Shown here piece by piece: positions 11,381 through 22,429 of a stretch of 64,000 nt of DNA. Below the pieces are notes generated by a model, which saw only the letters and a list, made by a program, of their open reading frames with translations, did no database searches and was not told where the DNA came from. Origin of the DNA: Anthoceros angustus (Eukaryota; Plantae; Anthocerotophyta). The position numbers and the translations under genes are program-made. The stretch lies in contig MU008207.1 in assembly GCA_010909165.1 (NCBI GenBank), positions 301,983 to 365,982 of the forward strand. Reading direction: 5' to 3'. Position 1 is the stretch's first letter, and each line of letters starts with the position of its first letter.

Positions 11381-12040
11381 TATAGGGTGAGGAAGGATTT
11401 TCCACACCCAAAGGCCAGGACAGAAATTTCCCTGTCCAGAAGGCCAAGGACCTTTCCCCTTGACGGACGTTTGGAATTCCTCAACCCAGAAGGCCAAGGG
11501 CGGCCTTTTTCTTCCTCCGGCGCCAGGGCGATTTCTCTATATATGCATGCATCGCTCCCTCCTTGGTCTTTATTCGCCTCTTCCTCCTTTGTGCACATGC
11601 AGCCTCGCGCACCACCTCAAGCTCGCTCGGCCGTATGGAAATTGCGCGCTGTCGCACTCGCGAAGACCCTTCTCGCGCGCGTCTTCCGGAGTAAGGACTT
11701 TACTGCATGTCGGGGTATGCGGGTGACTGGCGCCCCGCCACTAGGCCGGCACCAGCCCTCCTTCTTGGTTCGGCCTTCGCGAACCTTCCTCTCGCGTAAA
11801 CTTTCCGGACCTCTGTGGACCTCGTCCTTCCCGTTGGACCCGTTTTGAATCTGTTTTCCTCCTTTACATCCGTCGATTGGGGCAAATCCCATCCGCTTCT
11901 CCACTTGCCACTCCTTGTTCTTTGTCTTCCGTCGATGTTACATTGGTGAAAAAGAAAAAGAAAAATAAAACCTAACTAATATGAACAAAACTAGAGCATC
12001 CGCCCTCTTCCAACCGTGGACCCAAAATTTGCGTTCCACA

Positions 12041-12410
12041 AAGTGATGGCTAATTTCGATATGCTTGGACCTTGCATGGAACACAGGATTTCTTGAGAGT
12101 GCGATGGCTGATTGGTTGTCACATAATAATGGAGTGGGATCGGACTGAAGTTGTTGAAGTCCTTTGAGAAAACTGCGTATCCATATTATTTCCTTGGAAG
12201 CTTGAGTCATGGCTGCATACTCGGCTTCTGTCGAGGAAAGACATATGGTGGATAACTTCTTGCTGGACCAGGAAACAACTGAAGTGCCCATGAAAGTGCA
12301 ATAGGCAGCAACACTGCGTCGAGTGTCAGGATCCCCCGCCCAATCCGCATCGCAATAAGCTGAAAGAGCTAAACCGGTTGTGGACTTGACGCCAAGTCGA
12401 GGAGTGCCTT
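12041..12410 (-). pseudogene. pol: Copia A RNase H (continues at about 9300-9416)
   Basis: AYCDADWAGDPDTRRS..SSTEAEY..CDNQSAI..FHARSKHIE. Confidence 0.95.
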
Positions 12411-12767
12411 CGAAGATATCGTTTAGCTGCGATCGATGAGGGGACGGGGTTCTCGCTACCACCTCCTTGTGGCCGAATTGGAGAAGGTGGTTGGCATTGA
12501 GAACCGGAATTGAGCGTGTGGTGGGTGAGGGAGAGGATGCACGCCGCAGACGGGACTGGCCCGCATCCGGCTGTAGATTCGAGTGAGAGCGGCGCCATCC
12601 CGCTTTGTTTAGAGTTACCGGTGTTGATGTTGTGTTTGTTTTGGTGACCGACCCATAGTTTTTGGGTGAGCACGCTCTCAATAAAGCGGCCACCTTTTCA
12701 TTCGAGTTCCCGAACCTTCCTCAAACCCTATACCATATGCACATGAATGCTCACATACCTTGATCCT

Positions 12768-13070
12768 CATTGTAAACCGCGTGTTGTTGTAAGGTATGTA
12801 TGTCCGTTGTAAAAGCCTTGTAAAACTTGACAATGCGTTGTAAACCACTTCCCATTGTTAGTAGACCATGGGCCGTTGTAAAGAAAATCGTTGTAAACAA
12901 AGTGATGGTATTTACTACGGCGTTGTAACAAAGACATTCATTGTTGTAAAATCATTGCGGATCTATGCGTGTTGCAACCAAGAAGAGCCCTCGTAGTAAA
13001 GTAGCATATGCCACGTCATCGAATAGCCATGGCTAAACACTCCCGTAGTAAAACACCAGAGCTCTGTAGT
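12768..13070. repeat. Dispersed (cg)ttgtaa motif cluster, possibly a CACTA-like subterminal region
   Basis: About 10 copies of ttgtaa/cgtagtaa in 300 bp, ending in ctgtagta (degenerate tgtagtg?). Confidence 0.4.
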
Positions 13071-13353
13071 AATAATTGGCTATACAAGAAAAATAATCCA
13101 TGAACCATGAAGCCGCTTGTAAATCGACTTGAGCCTCGAAATTGCTCTAAAAAACAGCCTATAGTAAAAGGCCCGCTTTTCCTAATGCAATTAGTCTTGC
13201 GGCGTATAAGAAAGGCCACGGCAATCAAAATTTGTTGAGTTAAACGTGACGATCTGCTTTGCTCATATCCGTAAACATGCTACTACAAAATGATTAAGGT
13301 AAGAGACTTCGGTGCCTCGCCTCACCCCGGCCTCGTTTCCTCGGCCCACTTCG

Positions 13354-13354
13354 N
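13354..13354. other. Ambiguous base N (possible assembly join)
   Basis: Literal n in tcgnttg. Confidence 0.95.
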
Positions 13355-13378
13355 TTGTCGTCTGTGAACATAAGAAAA

Positions 13379-13598
13379 TGATGAGAATCATACACAAGCT
13401 CTAGCAATATGTGTTGCATTACATTCATAATAGAAAGTACATGCCTTTATGTAGGCAAGGTAGTTGTAACCAATAAGTGGTTGTAACAACCAATTAAATA
13501 ACTACTAAAAGAAAACTACCTAGAGCCCTAAGGACTAAATTAATTATTAAGTCCTAGGTGCCCTAGTGAAGAGTGCCCTAATAGTAAGCTATTTTAAT
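13379..13598 (-). repeat. Isolated LTR related to the Copia B LTR
   Basis: Reverse complement shares tagggcactcttcactagggcacc, tagttttcttt, acaaccacttat, tgtaatgcaac and gattctcatca with 21472-21736. Confidence 0.8.
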
Positions 13599-16500
13599 CC
13601 CATAAAATATATACACCGGTGTCTCGTGCATTGAGGGTGAAGCCGAGCTCCATCAAAAGTTTGTGAAACACTTCATACCAGCTCGTGAAGCCTCGCTTGA
13701 GTCCATAAAGAGTTTTGAGGAGCTTGCAAACCTTGTCGGTCAATGATAAAACCTTCAGAACCATATAGATGTCTTCCGAAGCCATTCGAAAGGCTGTTTG
13801 ACATCCATTGATGCACGAGGAGATTGTGATGAATCGCTGTGGCTAAAAGGATACGAGAGGTGGACTTGACAACAGGAGCAAATGTTTCATTGTAGTCAAG
13901 CCTCGGGATTTGGCTATAGCCCTTGGCCACTAGACGGGCCTTGTATCTTCCAATGACCCATCGTTCAACTTTTCTTGAAAACCCACTTACATTGAACAGG
14001 TTTTCGACAAGGAGGGAGATCGACAAGCTTCCATGTCTTATTTTGGATGAGGGACTTATACTCCGAATCTATGGCAGCTTGCCAAAAAGAGGCCTCAGGG
14101 CCAGCTAAGGCTTCTGTATAAGTTAAAGGCTCACCAAGGAAGTCAAACACCGAGAAGCTGCGTAAGAGAATTGAAGTGACTATATGCGAATAAGGGGCTC
14201 TTTCCACTCAGGCATAGGTCGACGGATGCGAGTGGAACGACGAGGAGGAGGGACTGAGTCGCCGTATTCGGCTCTACGATGGGTGTGACAACAGGCTCAA
14301 CTGACGAAGAGTCTGCATGGGGAATACCCGAGAGTTCACTATCATCTGGGCGCTGGTGGTGGTGGAGATGTTGAAATGTCCATCATGTCAAGCCTTTTCA
14401 TCTTCACCATCATTATAATCGGAAGCTGAAATTGGTTCCCTTATTTCCTGAGAAGGAGAAGCATCCTCGTCGTCAAAGAAACTGACCTCATCAGTATCAA
14501 CAAGAACTGTATCTTCTATGCCATGGATGGAAGAAGAAACAGGAGTCGCATCCGGAAGCAAAGCAGCAGTATGACGGCGAAGAAGAGCAGCCTCGTGGAA
14601 AACCACGCTCCTTGATAAAGTGAGCTGACGGGTGACGGGGTTAAACAACTTGTAGCCCTTCACCTCCTCTGAGTACCCGACAAAAACATGCCGAGATGCC
14701 TTGGGATCAAGCTTGGAACGCAATGCTGGAGGGACGAGAGCATAAGCAGGAGCACCAAAAATTCGTAGGTGTCGAACTCGGGGCTTCTTGCCCGTCCATC
14801 TTTCAAAAGGGGTCATGGTGCCAAGCTCCTTTGTCGGCAGCCGATTCTGTACATAGTTGACGGCCATCAAAGCTTCTGCCCAATACCCACGGGTGAGTCC
14901 AGCAAAAGAGAGAGAAGCCAAAGTGGCTTCCTGTAGAGTTCTGTTTTTGCGTTCCGAGAAAGCATTCTGCTCTGGAGTGTAAGGAACTGTCAACTGATGA
15001 AGGATTCCTTCTTGCATGTAAGGATGCGAATGCGTGATCGGTACTCACCGCCATTGTCTGCTCGCAAGATTCGCACCTTACAGAAGTCTCGGCGTTGAGC
15101 ATAGCGAACATAAGACTTGAAGCCAAAAGCTTCACTCTTGTGTCGAGAAAGAAAACTACACAATATCCGCCTCCACTCACGATGAAGGTCAAGAAATAGT
15201 CCGCCCAAAGGAGCTAGTGGACATGGGGCCACATATGTCGCTATGACAGATGAAGCAAGCCATCAGCACGGCTAAGGGCCATATCCTTAAAAGGCGTGAA
15301 TGTGCCTTACTCAATTGACAGGACTCATGCGTATCTTATCAAAAGGGAATTCAAGGGCTCACGATAACTCTCACCTTTGACAAGGAACCGAGGCGTTGGA
15401 AATTGACATGTCCAAGACGATGTTACACAATTGTGTGGAAGGTACCTGTGGAATGAACTGATTGAGTAGAACCTAACAGTCTTGACGCTCGTGGAGGCAG
15501 TGATCGTGAGAAGGTGAGCTGAGAAAAGATGATGCCCTAACTTGAGTTTGTAACGTAGCACCCTTGCCGATCAAAACACACTCGGCAAGAATGTTCTGAC
15601 AACTTCAGATGACATCAAGTTCTTAGTCATGGAAGGGACATAGAGAACCTTTGTGAGTGTAAGGCTTGAAGAGTCGCAAGGAAATGATAATGAACTGAAC
15701 CTTTGATAGAAAGTCCACTATCGTCCCCTAATAAGACAAACTGTTTGGCATCAGCAGAAGGAGTGAAAGAAGAAAAAACACGCCTGTGAAAGCAAATATG
15801 ACTTGTGGCTCCTGAATCAAGAAACCATGTGTCAGATTGTACTTGGGTGGACGACAAACAAACTGCCAGGATAGTGGGCTGCTTAGCCTTGCTGATGGTG
15901 ACGTTGCTTTCTGGAGGATGATCGCGCCTGGGCTCTCCTCCTTTCTTCACGAGCCTCCTGCTCATAATGGCTGTGAATCTTACACCGACACACAAAAGTC
16001 TTCTTGTTGATTACATCTCGTTGTGGGTTCGAGTAGGAACCACGTCCTCTCGACCCGCCTCGGCCTCTTGATGTAACAATACTCTTGTGTTGTTGGAAGT
16101 GGAGCCCTTTGGTTTGTGAAAACTCCTTGTGCGCCTCGATATAAGGCCAATTACCTCCTCGAGTGTTACCTTCGGCGGTAGTAGCTGAATGAAGGCATGT
16201 ATTGTGGCATTCTACCGCCAACAAAGTGCGATAACTTTCTCGGAAGTGAAGCCAAGATACTTATAGTCGCTTGAACTTCACAAGATCACCACAATAGGCA
16301 AGATTAGCACGAAGAGTCCTAAACTTGTTGATATAAGCCTCAACTGTGCTCATTGTCCCGCATCCTCAAATTGAAGAAGTCTCGGCGCATGCACCGTGGA
16401 CGCCAACTCTTGTCCCGATATAGATCGGAAAACTTTCCACACATCCGCCGAGGTTTTGGCATCTATGGTGTGTGGCATCACATTTCTATCTAAGGCAATG

Positions 16501-16800
16501 AGTATAGAACGAGCACGCCTATCCTTACGCCTCCTGTGCTAGGATTTCTTCGCTCTAATGTGTTGTCACCTTGGGTTCTGTGCCATCTACAATGGTCAAC
16601 AGCTCATTCTCCTCAAAGATTTGGGTCATCATGGCCCGATATGTTGTATGATATTAAACCTATCCTTGTCCCGAACTCAATTTTCAAAGAGGGACTAACA
16701 CTTGGTGAAACCCGCATGATTTCGTGATTTAGAACTCATCGTGAGCTTTGAAGTAGTTGCTGTCTCTCTAATTCTAAAAGGTCATGGGGAGAAGTCCCAC
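13599..16800 (-). pseudogene. pol: Copia A gag-protease-integrase and N-terminal half of RT (frameshifted)
   Basis: WFLDSGATSHIC; LRADNGGEY; TVPYTPEQNAFSERKNRTL; RYKARLVAKGYSQ; LLKTLYGLK. The YVDD half of RT is absent between 12410 and 13599. Confidence 0.93.
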
Positions 16801-17354
16801 GCAGATGAGAGTAGGTTCAAAAAGGGATGAAATGTCCACGACCAATTCATCATCGAATAACTATCTCGTCATAATGGAGAGAGAGCTACAACATGGTGCA
16901 AGGCGCTTGATGACAAGTACGAGAAGGATTGGCGCATGAGGTCCTTCATGCATCGCTCTTCACAAAACAAGTGGAGGGCCTTGATGCCCAACAACTTCTC
17001 GATAAATGCTTCCTGACACACGCGACCGCAATGCCGAAAGCTCTTGTGGAGAGATGTCAGATAGTCCTCGCCAAGACGCCTGGAGTTGGGGCTTTCAGTA
17101 TGAGAAAAGCTCCTTGTCGCACGGTATACCGGATGAAGGTATGGTAGCCTTTTGGCAACTCCGGCTGACGAAGTCACCCGCTTGTCCACGATCCGCAAAT
17201 GTAACAAGGGATTTGCTCCAAATAAGCTATGCATGGACGGGTCGCAAGGTCTCGTGTCGGCCGCAGAAGGCCTCTTGGCATCTTGATCTAAAGATGGCAA
17301 GATCGTGGTGTGTCGGATGCGTTGGCACCCATGCTAGTCGCCCAAATCAAATAG

Positions 17355-17366
17355 GCTCTGATACCA
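17355..17366 (-). promoter_or_regulatory. Primer binding site (tRNA-iMet), Copia A
   Basis: Reverse complement is TGGTATCAGAGC, directly adjoining the LTR. Confidence 0.95.
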
Positions 17367-17601
17367 TAAAAGCTAAGAGAATAGCTATGGCAGGATCAAC
17401 ATGAGAGAGCCAAAGTGACCAAGAGCACAAGCGGAGAACACGAGAAGCAAAACGTATGTGAGGAAAAAAGGTTGATTGATTAATGGAAAGAAACTATCTT
17501 ATACAAAAAGGCGAACGGTTATTTAACCGTCGGAACTGAAAATGCAAAACTACTTTAGCGGTTCATAGTTGTAACATAACGCTTTTAGGCTATTTCTAAT
17601 A
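17367..17601 (-). repeat. Copia A 5' LTR
   Basis: Direct repeat of 8088-8323 with a few substitutions and indels. Confidence 0.93.
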
Positions 17602-17812
17602 GCCAGAGCCAAACGCGCGAGAGAGAGACGGAAGGTCACGAGCTCACGTGTGTACCAAGAAAAGAGAGAGTAGTGTATTGATGAAGCAGAAGGATACTTC
17701 TACATGTTTGTAGAGAGAGCGGTTTAATAACTGTCAGTCTAGCTGCAAATACTAAACTACCTAATAGCCGTTCATGTGACGAGCTAACTCAAATAAACTG
17801 AAAGGCTATTCC
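17602..17812 (-). repeat. Truncated LTR-like sequence D, same layout as the A LTR
   Basis: Collinear motifs tattgat, cggtt..taac.gtc, gcaaa..actac, gttcat, aggctatt. Confidence 0.55.
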
Positions 17813-19773
17813 CAAAATGGTGACCTTGGTGGGCCTGCTCATCCCTTGACTGCGGCATGCCAGCCTTGGTGGCCACATTTCGTGCTTGGCCACATTTCAT
17901 CTGCCACTCAATTGCGGACTACAAGCGGACAAACCGTTGCAGAGTTGCAGACTTCTCATCTAAGGCTCGCACATTCGAACAGAGTTGCAGACTTCTAACC
18001 TAGGGCTCGAATATTCCATCATTCGGGAGAGATTGACAGGCTAGTGTCGGGACCATCACTGAACACCCTCTCTTAGACCAAGCTCTTCCGAATCTCAACG
18101 TTTCGGCCAGGCCCAAAGAAATATGAGCTAACGTATCAAATTCACTGCTTGGGTCCCCAAGCTCCCCGCCTTGATTCGATGCATTCTCGATTTGCAGATG
18201 TGACGCCTATGCCGATCGACTCCACCTGGACGGCAACCAAGCAGAAAGACTGTGCCAAACGCCGGCATCCGAGGCCTCAAGTCTCGACGCAACAAGACCC
18301 AAATCAAAGCCGCGGCCCAAGACCGCCTCACATGACATCATTGCCTTAGCGGCGTGTGCCGCCCCGTAAGGCCCTACCCCGCGATCGTGTGAACTTCAGG
18401 CTTGCTTATCAGACAATGGGTTGAACATGGACTGATCATGCAGGGCTGATGGATGGGTGCAACTGAAGAGCGGGGGACCGTGGTACGCAAGCAAGGGCCG
18501 GAGAAGGGACGGAGAGTGTCAAGGCCGAGGCGAACTGCCGAGCCCAAGCTCTCGAACGCAGCAGCCCATCGGCTGCCTCCCGCAAGAGATGCCATGGGCA
18601 CGATGGGAGCCATTGAGGTGCTGACTGGCGATGAGGGAGAAATTCGGCTCAACTGTCGTCGAATCAACTAGACAGTTTGTGTTAAGAGGCTGGGAATGGT
18701 AAACCATTGGCTGGCTGGCAGTAGTGGGCACTGTGATTAGCAAGATTGACATCTGAACACCAAAGTACAGAGCCACTTCAACCGGACGAACCGTTGCAGA
18801 TTTCTCCCAATTGCGCGCAGACTTATCTACGGATCAAACATTCGGGAGATAGGGGGTTGATTCAGCATACGGGAGAGAGGGGGGTAATCGAACATTCGGT
18901 TTGATTTGAAGATGCGGGTCGAACGCAAAACGGAGAGAGAGGGTGGCACTTCCAGTGTCAGGATGAGATGCTCATCATGCTCGAATGTTTGGGTACTTGT
19001 GCCATTTCGGGGGGGCGCTGCTTCTAAGCAGGATTCCTCTACTGCCAGCTAGGGCCCACTCGGGTTGGAGCCGGATCCTGGAGAAGCATCGTCTGGTCCT
19101 TTCCCTAGGGACTCCCGATCTCCTCAGGCCTCCCCTCAAGCATTTCTAGCCCAGCCAGAGGTTTCCACTCCCCCGACACTAAACCCAGGTACTTGTGGAA
19201 TCCCCTCACCAGAGGCCATGTCACAGCTTGGGTCTCTCCGTCATAGGCAAACCAGAGCCTTGACTTGAAAAGGAAGTTTGTCACAGATGCACGTATATTG
19301 CCTCCCTTGCAGCCTACCGGGACAACATGGGATAGCGAAACCGTGGTGGAAAAGGGTTTGGGTGGCACTTCCAGCGTACCAGGAGGGTAGATGCACATGC
19401 GCGTGTTTTGGTAGTGACCTCGGAGTCATCCGTGTATGAGGGGCACTCAGAATTGGATGGATGGTATTATATGAGAGATCATGTGGCCCATCGCGCGACA
19501 CATATGATTCACATTATAATCACCGCCTCGAATTCGCACCATGCACACCGCATGAGGGCCACCAACACATCCAGCACCGGTCCAGCCCCAGCTCGGACAC
19601 CGAATTGGCGAGGACAGCTCTCCAAACACTAGCCGCACCGTTCATATGGGGATCCAAACCTCCAGTACTAAGGTGCGGCGAGTGGGGATGACCCCGCATT
19701 GGGAGGGAGAGTCCCAATGAAAGCTCCCACTTATCTGCCTATCGATAGAACCCCGCAACATTGAGGTCCGGCC

Positions 19774-20033
19774 TGAAGGATCGTGTGGCAGCACATGATG
19801 GTGGAAAGAGGAGAGGAGAGGAGGAAGCAAATGGATCTCTCACATTGAGATAAGGCTCTGGGGGTATTTATACCCTCCAGTAGGGCTCCCTAGAAAGATC
19901 CACAAGAAGCCGCTAGGAAACCGCGCAAGAAGCTTCCTAGTGATTAGCTTCAGCTAAACTAATGATACTTAACTGACACCTAACTTAGACTAAGTGTATT
20001 AGTCTAAGTACATTGGGCTTTAATACCCTTACA
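19774..20033 (-). repeat. Copia C 3' LTR
   Basis: Similar to 62290-62540; abuts acctcccactt (PPT reverse complement). Confidence 0.9.
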
Positions 20034-20068
20034 ACCTCCCACTTAAAGGCCAATTTACCTTCAGAAGA

Positions 20069-21471
20069 ATGGACTATCTCATGCCCATCGTCCGAGCTTG
20101 TGCAAATTGTCTAGAGAGTCCCTTGGTAAGAATATCTAGGTTCTCGCCGGTGAACCTTGACAAGTTGTACCCTCTTGTTGTCCAACACCTCTCGAATGAA
20201 GTGATACGTCACATCCACATGTTTAGTCTTCGCATGAAACATCGGATTTTGCCAATTGATAGCACTGCTATCACAATGCAACACCGGCACTCAACCTTGA
20301 TCCCCAAGTCTCCCACTAAACGAAAGCCATATGGCTTCCTTGCAAGCCCTCTTGTCGCAACATACCGGCCTCCGTGGTAGATAGCGAATGCACGATCGCA
20401 AACGAGATCGCCATGAGATCGCCTCCAAAGGCACATGAAGACATAACTCGATGTGGACCTCCTTTTGTCCATATCCCCGTGATAATCAAAGATCTGTACC
20501 CAACCACATGCATCTTCACTACCAAAACATATGCACAAAGCTTCTGTACCATTCAGATACCTCATAACTCCTTTTACTGCCTGTCAATGCTTCTTGCCAG
20601 GGTTTGAAATAAACCTGCTAACCACTCCCACTGCAAAGGCAATGTCAGGACGTGTAGCAATCATTCCATATACCAAAAAGTTTCATATATGGAGGCAATG
20701 GAGTACCCAATGGTTTCCCCTTCTCCATGTTGAAACGTTGAAGCACCCTGTTAATGTATTCCGTCTGAGACAAATAAAGTGACGCTTATGTCTGCTCCGA
20801 CGAACACGCATGCCAAGTATATGGCTCGCCTCCCAAGTCTCTATTTCAAAGTGAGCATTCAACTTTGACTTCAACGAAATCTCATCAAGATCGCTCCAAA
20901 GAATTAGCATATCATCCACATAGAGGATCAAAATGAGCAAGCTTTGATCCTTAGCTTTTCAGATAGAGGCAATGATCCTCATCGCCACGCTTGTAGCCTT
21001 GAGAAAGCATAAATGAGTGGAACTTGTGATACCACCACTGGTGCCTGCTTCAAACCATAAAGGCTCTTCCTCAACTCGCACACCGATTCTCTTTGCCCTT
21101 CTCAACAAAACCTTCCGTTGCATGTAGACGCCTCTTGAAGGTCACCATGCAAGAATGCCGCCTTGACATCCATCCGCATAAGTTCCATATCATTCCCGGC
21201 AACCAAAGCAAGAACACATCGCAAAGTTGTCATTTTGACTACTGGTGAGAAAATCTCATCAAAGTCAATGCCTGGTTATTGCTTGAAACTCTTAGCAACC
21301 AATCGTGCCTTGTACTTTGGTTTGCCATCAAGGGGTATGACCTTCATCTTGTACACCCATTTGCATGGTAGTGCCTTCTTATCCCTAGGCAACCGAACCA
21401 ACTCCCAAGTTTGGTTCTTATGCAGCGAATTCATTTCTGACTGCATGGCCTTCTCCCACTTCTGTTTGTTA
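20069..21471 (-). pseudogene. pol: Copia C RT and RNase H
   Basis: KYKARLVAK, LILYVDDMLI, GDMDKRRSTS, LSTTEA, DILTKGL. Confidence 0.93.
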
Positions 21472-21736
21472 TGATGAAATATATTAGGTATAGGGCACTA
21501 TTCACTAGGGCACCTTTACTTAATGATTATTATATGCCTAGGGCACTAAGTAGTTTTCTTTAGGTGGTTATTTAGGTAGTTAGTTGTTATAACCACTTAT
21601 GGTTATAACCACTTATAGTTACAACAACTTATGGTTGTAACCACCGACTCACCTACTATTTAAACACTCTTGTATTTTCTATTATGTAATGCAACCTTTA
21701 CAAGACTCTTTGCAAGCGCCAGCGTGATTCTCATCA
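21472..21736 (+). repeat. Copia B 5' LTR
   Basis: tgatgaaat...ttctcatca; internal repeats of taaccacttat. Confidence 0.95.
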
Positions 21737-22429
21737 TGGTATCGAGCTTGGCCTCTAGATGCCAGCACCTTGCTTGCCTCTTCTTTAGGTGTGGACTACG
21801 ACTTCCCTTTTAAGAAACAAGTAGGGTTTTGTTTTTCGTAGGAGCGGAGGATAAAATAAGGCGGAAAAGGAGGAATAAGCATGGATAGCACCGGATCGAC
21901 CGAGTATACTCCGGACCGGAGTGGCAACGACTCGACCTACTATGGCGTGCACCGACTACGGGTAACGGATAAGTCCGGACCCACTCCAGTCCAAGGTGAT
22001 AAGTACGCCAGGAAAGTAACTTAGAAGTTGAGCCGTGAGGATGACCAGGCGGCGCCACGTGACGGCCCCGAGTGGAGGTCGGCATGCACCGCCAGACCGA
22101 CGCTGCCAGGGCCGCAGGCAGTATTCACGCCGCGGACCGCGCGGGCGAAGGCCGTAGTACGCGGCCAAGGCCGCAGGGCGGAGGCGTAAGGTCGGCAGCC
22201 ATGCACTCGCGCTACGTGAAGAGGCGCCTTCCCGCCCCGTTACTCCCAAAGGCGCCAAGGGGAAGGTCATGCCGGCAGCCGAGACACCGCAGCCTCTGCG
22301 CCCGCAACCCGGCTCGGCGCTATCTCTTTGAGCGCCCAAGCACCTTCGAGCGTAGTTCACCGCCGGGTTGGAGAAGCGAACGCAAGGAGGGCGATCGTGC
22401 CGAACTCCGGCCAGCCAGCAAGGGAGAGA

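Larger units (their letters stand above)
9417..12040 (-). mobile_element. Gypsy solo LTR G3 (2.6 kb) inserted in Copia A RNase H
   Basis: Ends tgtggt...gttccaca as in the G1 LTR; TSD aagt/(a)aagt; host RNase H reads through (KHIEISHHF | I..LFTKAL); TATA-like cctataagag near 10395 on the minus strand. Confidence 0.88.
8088..17601 (-). mobile_element. Copia LTR retrotransposon A with nested insertions
   Basis: Two ~235 bp LTRs, PBS-Met at 17355-17366, PPT next to 8324, gag-PR-INT-RT-RH order on the minus strand; no exact TSD (gcagc vs gccag). Confidence 0.88.

Noticed and set aside
11938-12693. 251 aa ORF as a novel RNase H fusion
   Set aside because: Chance read-through across insertion junctions on both sides of the Copia RNase H.
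17815-19773. Short dispersed repeats (gttgcagacttc, gggtggcacttccag) and small ORFs
   Set aside because: Too degenerate to define an element or gene.
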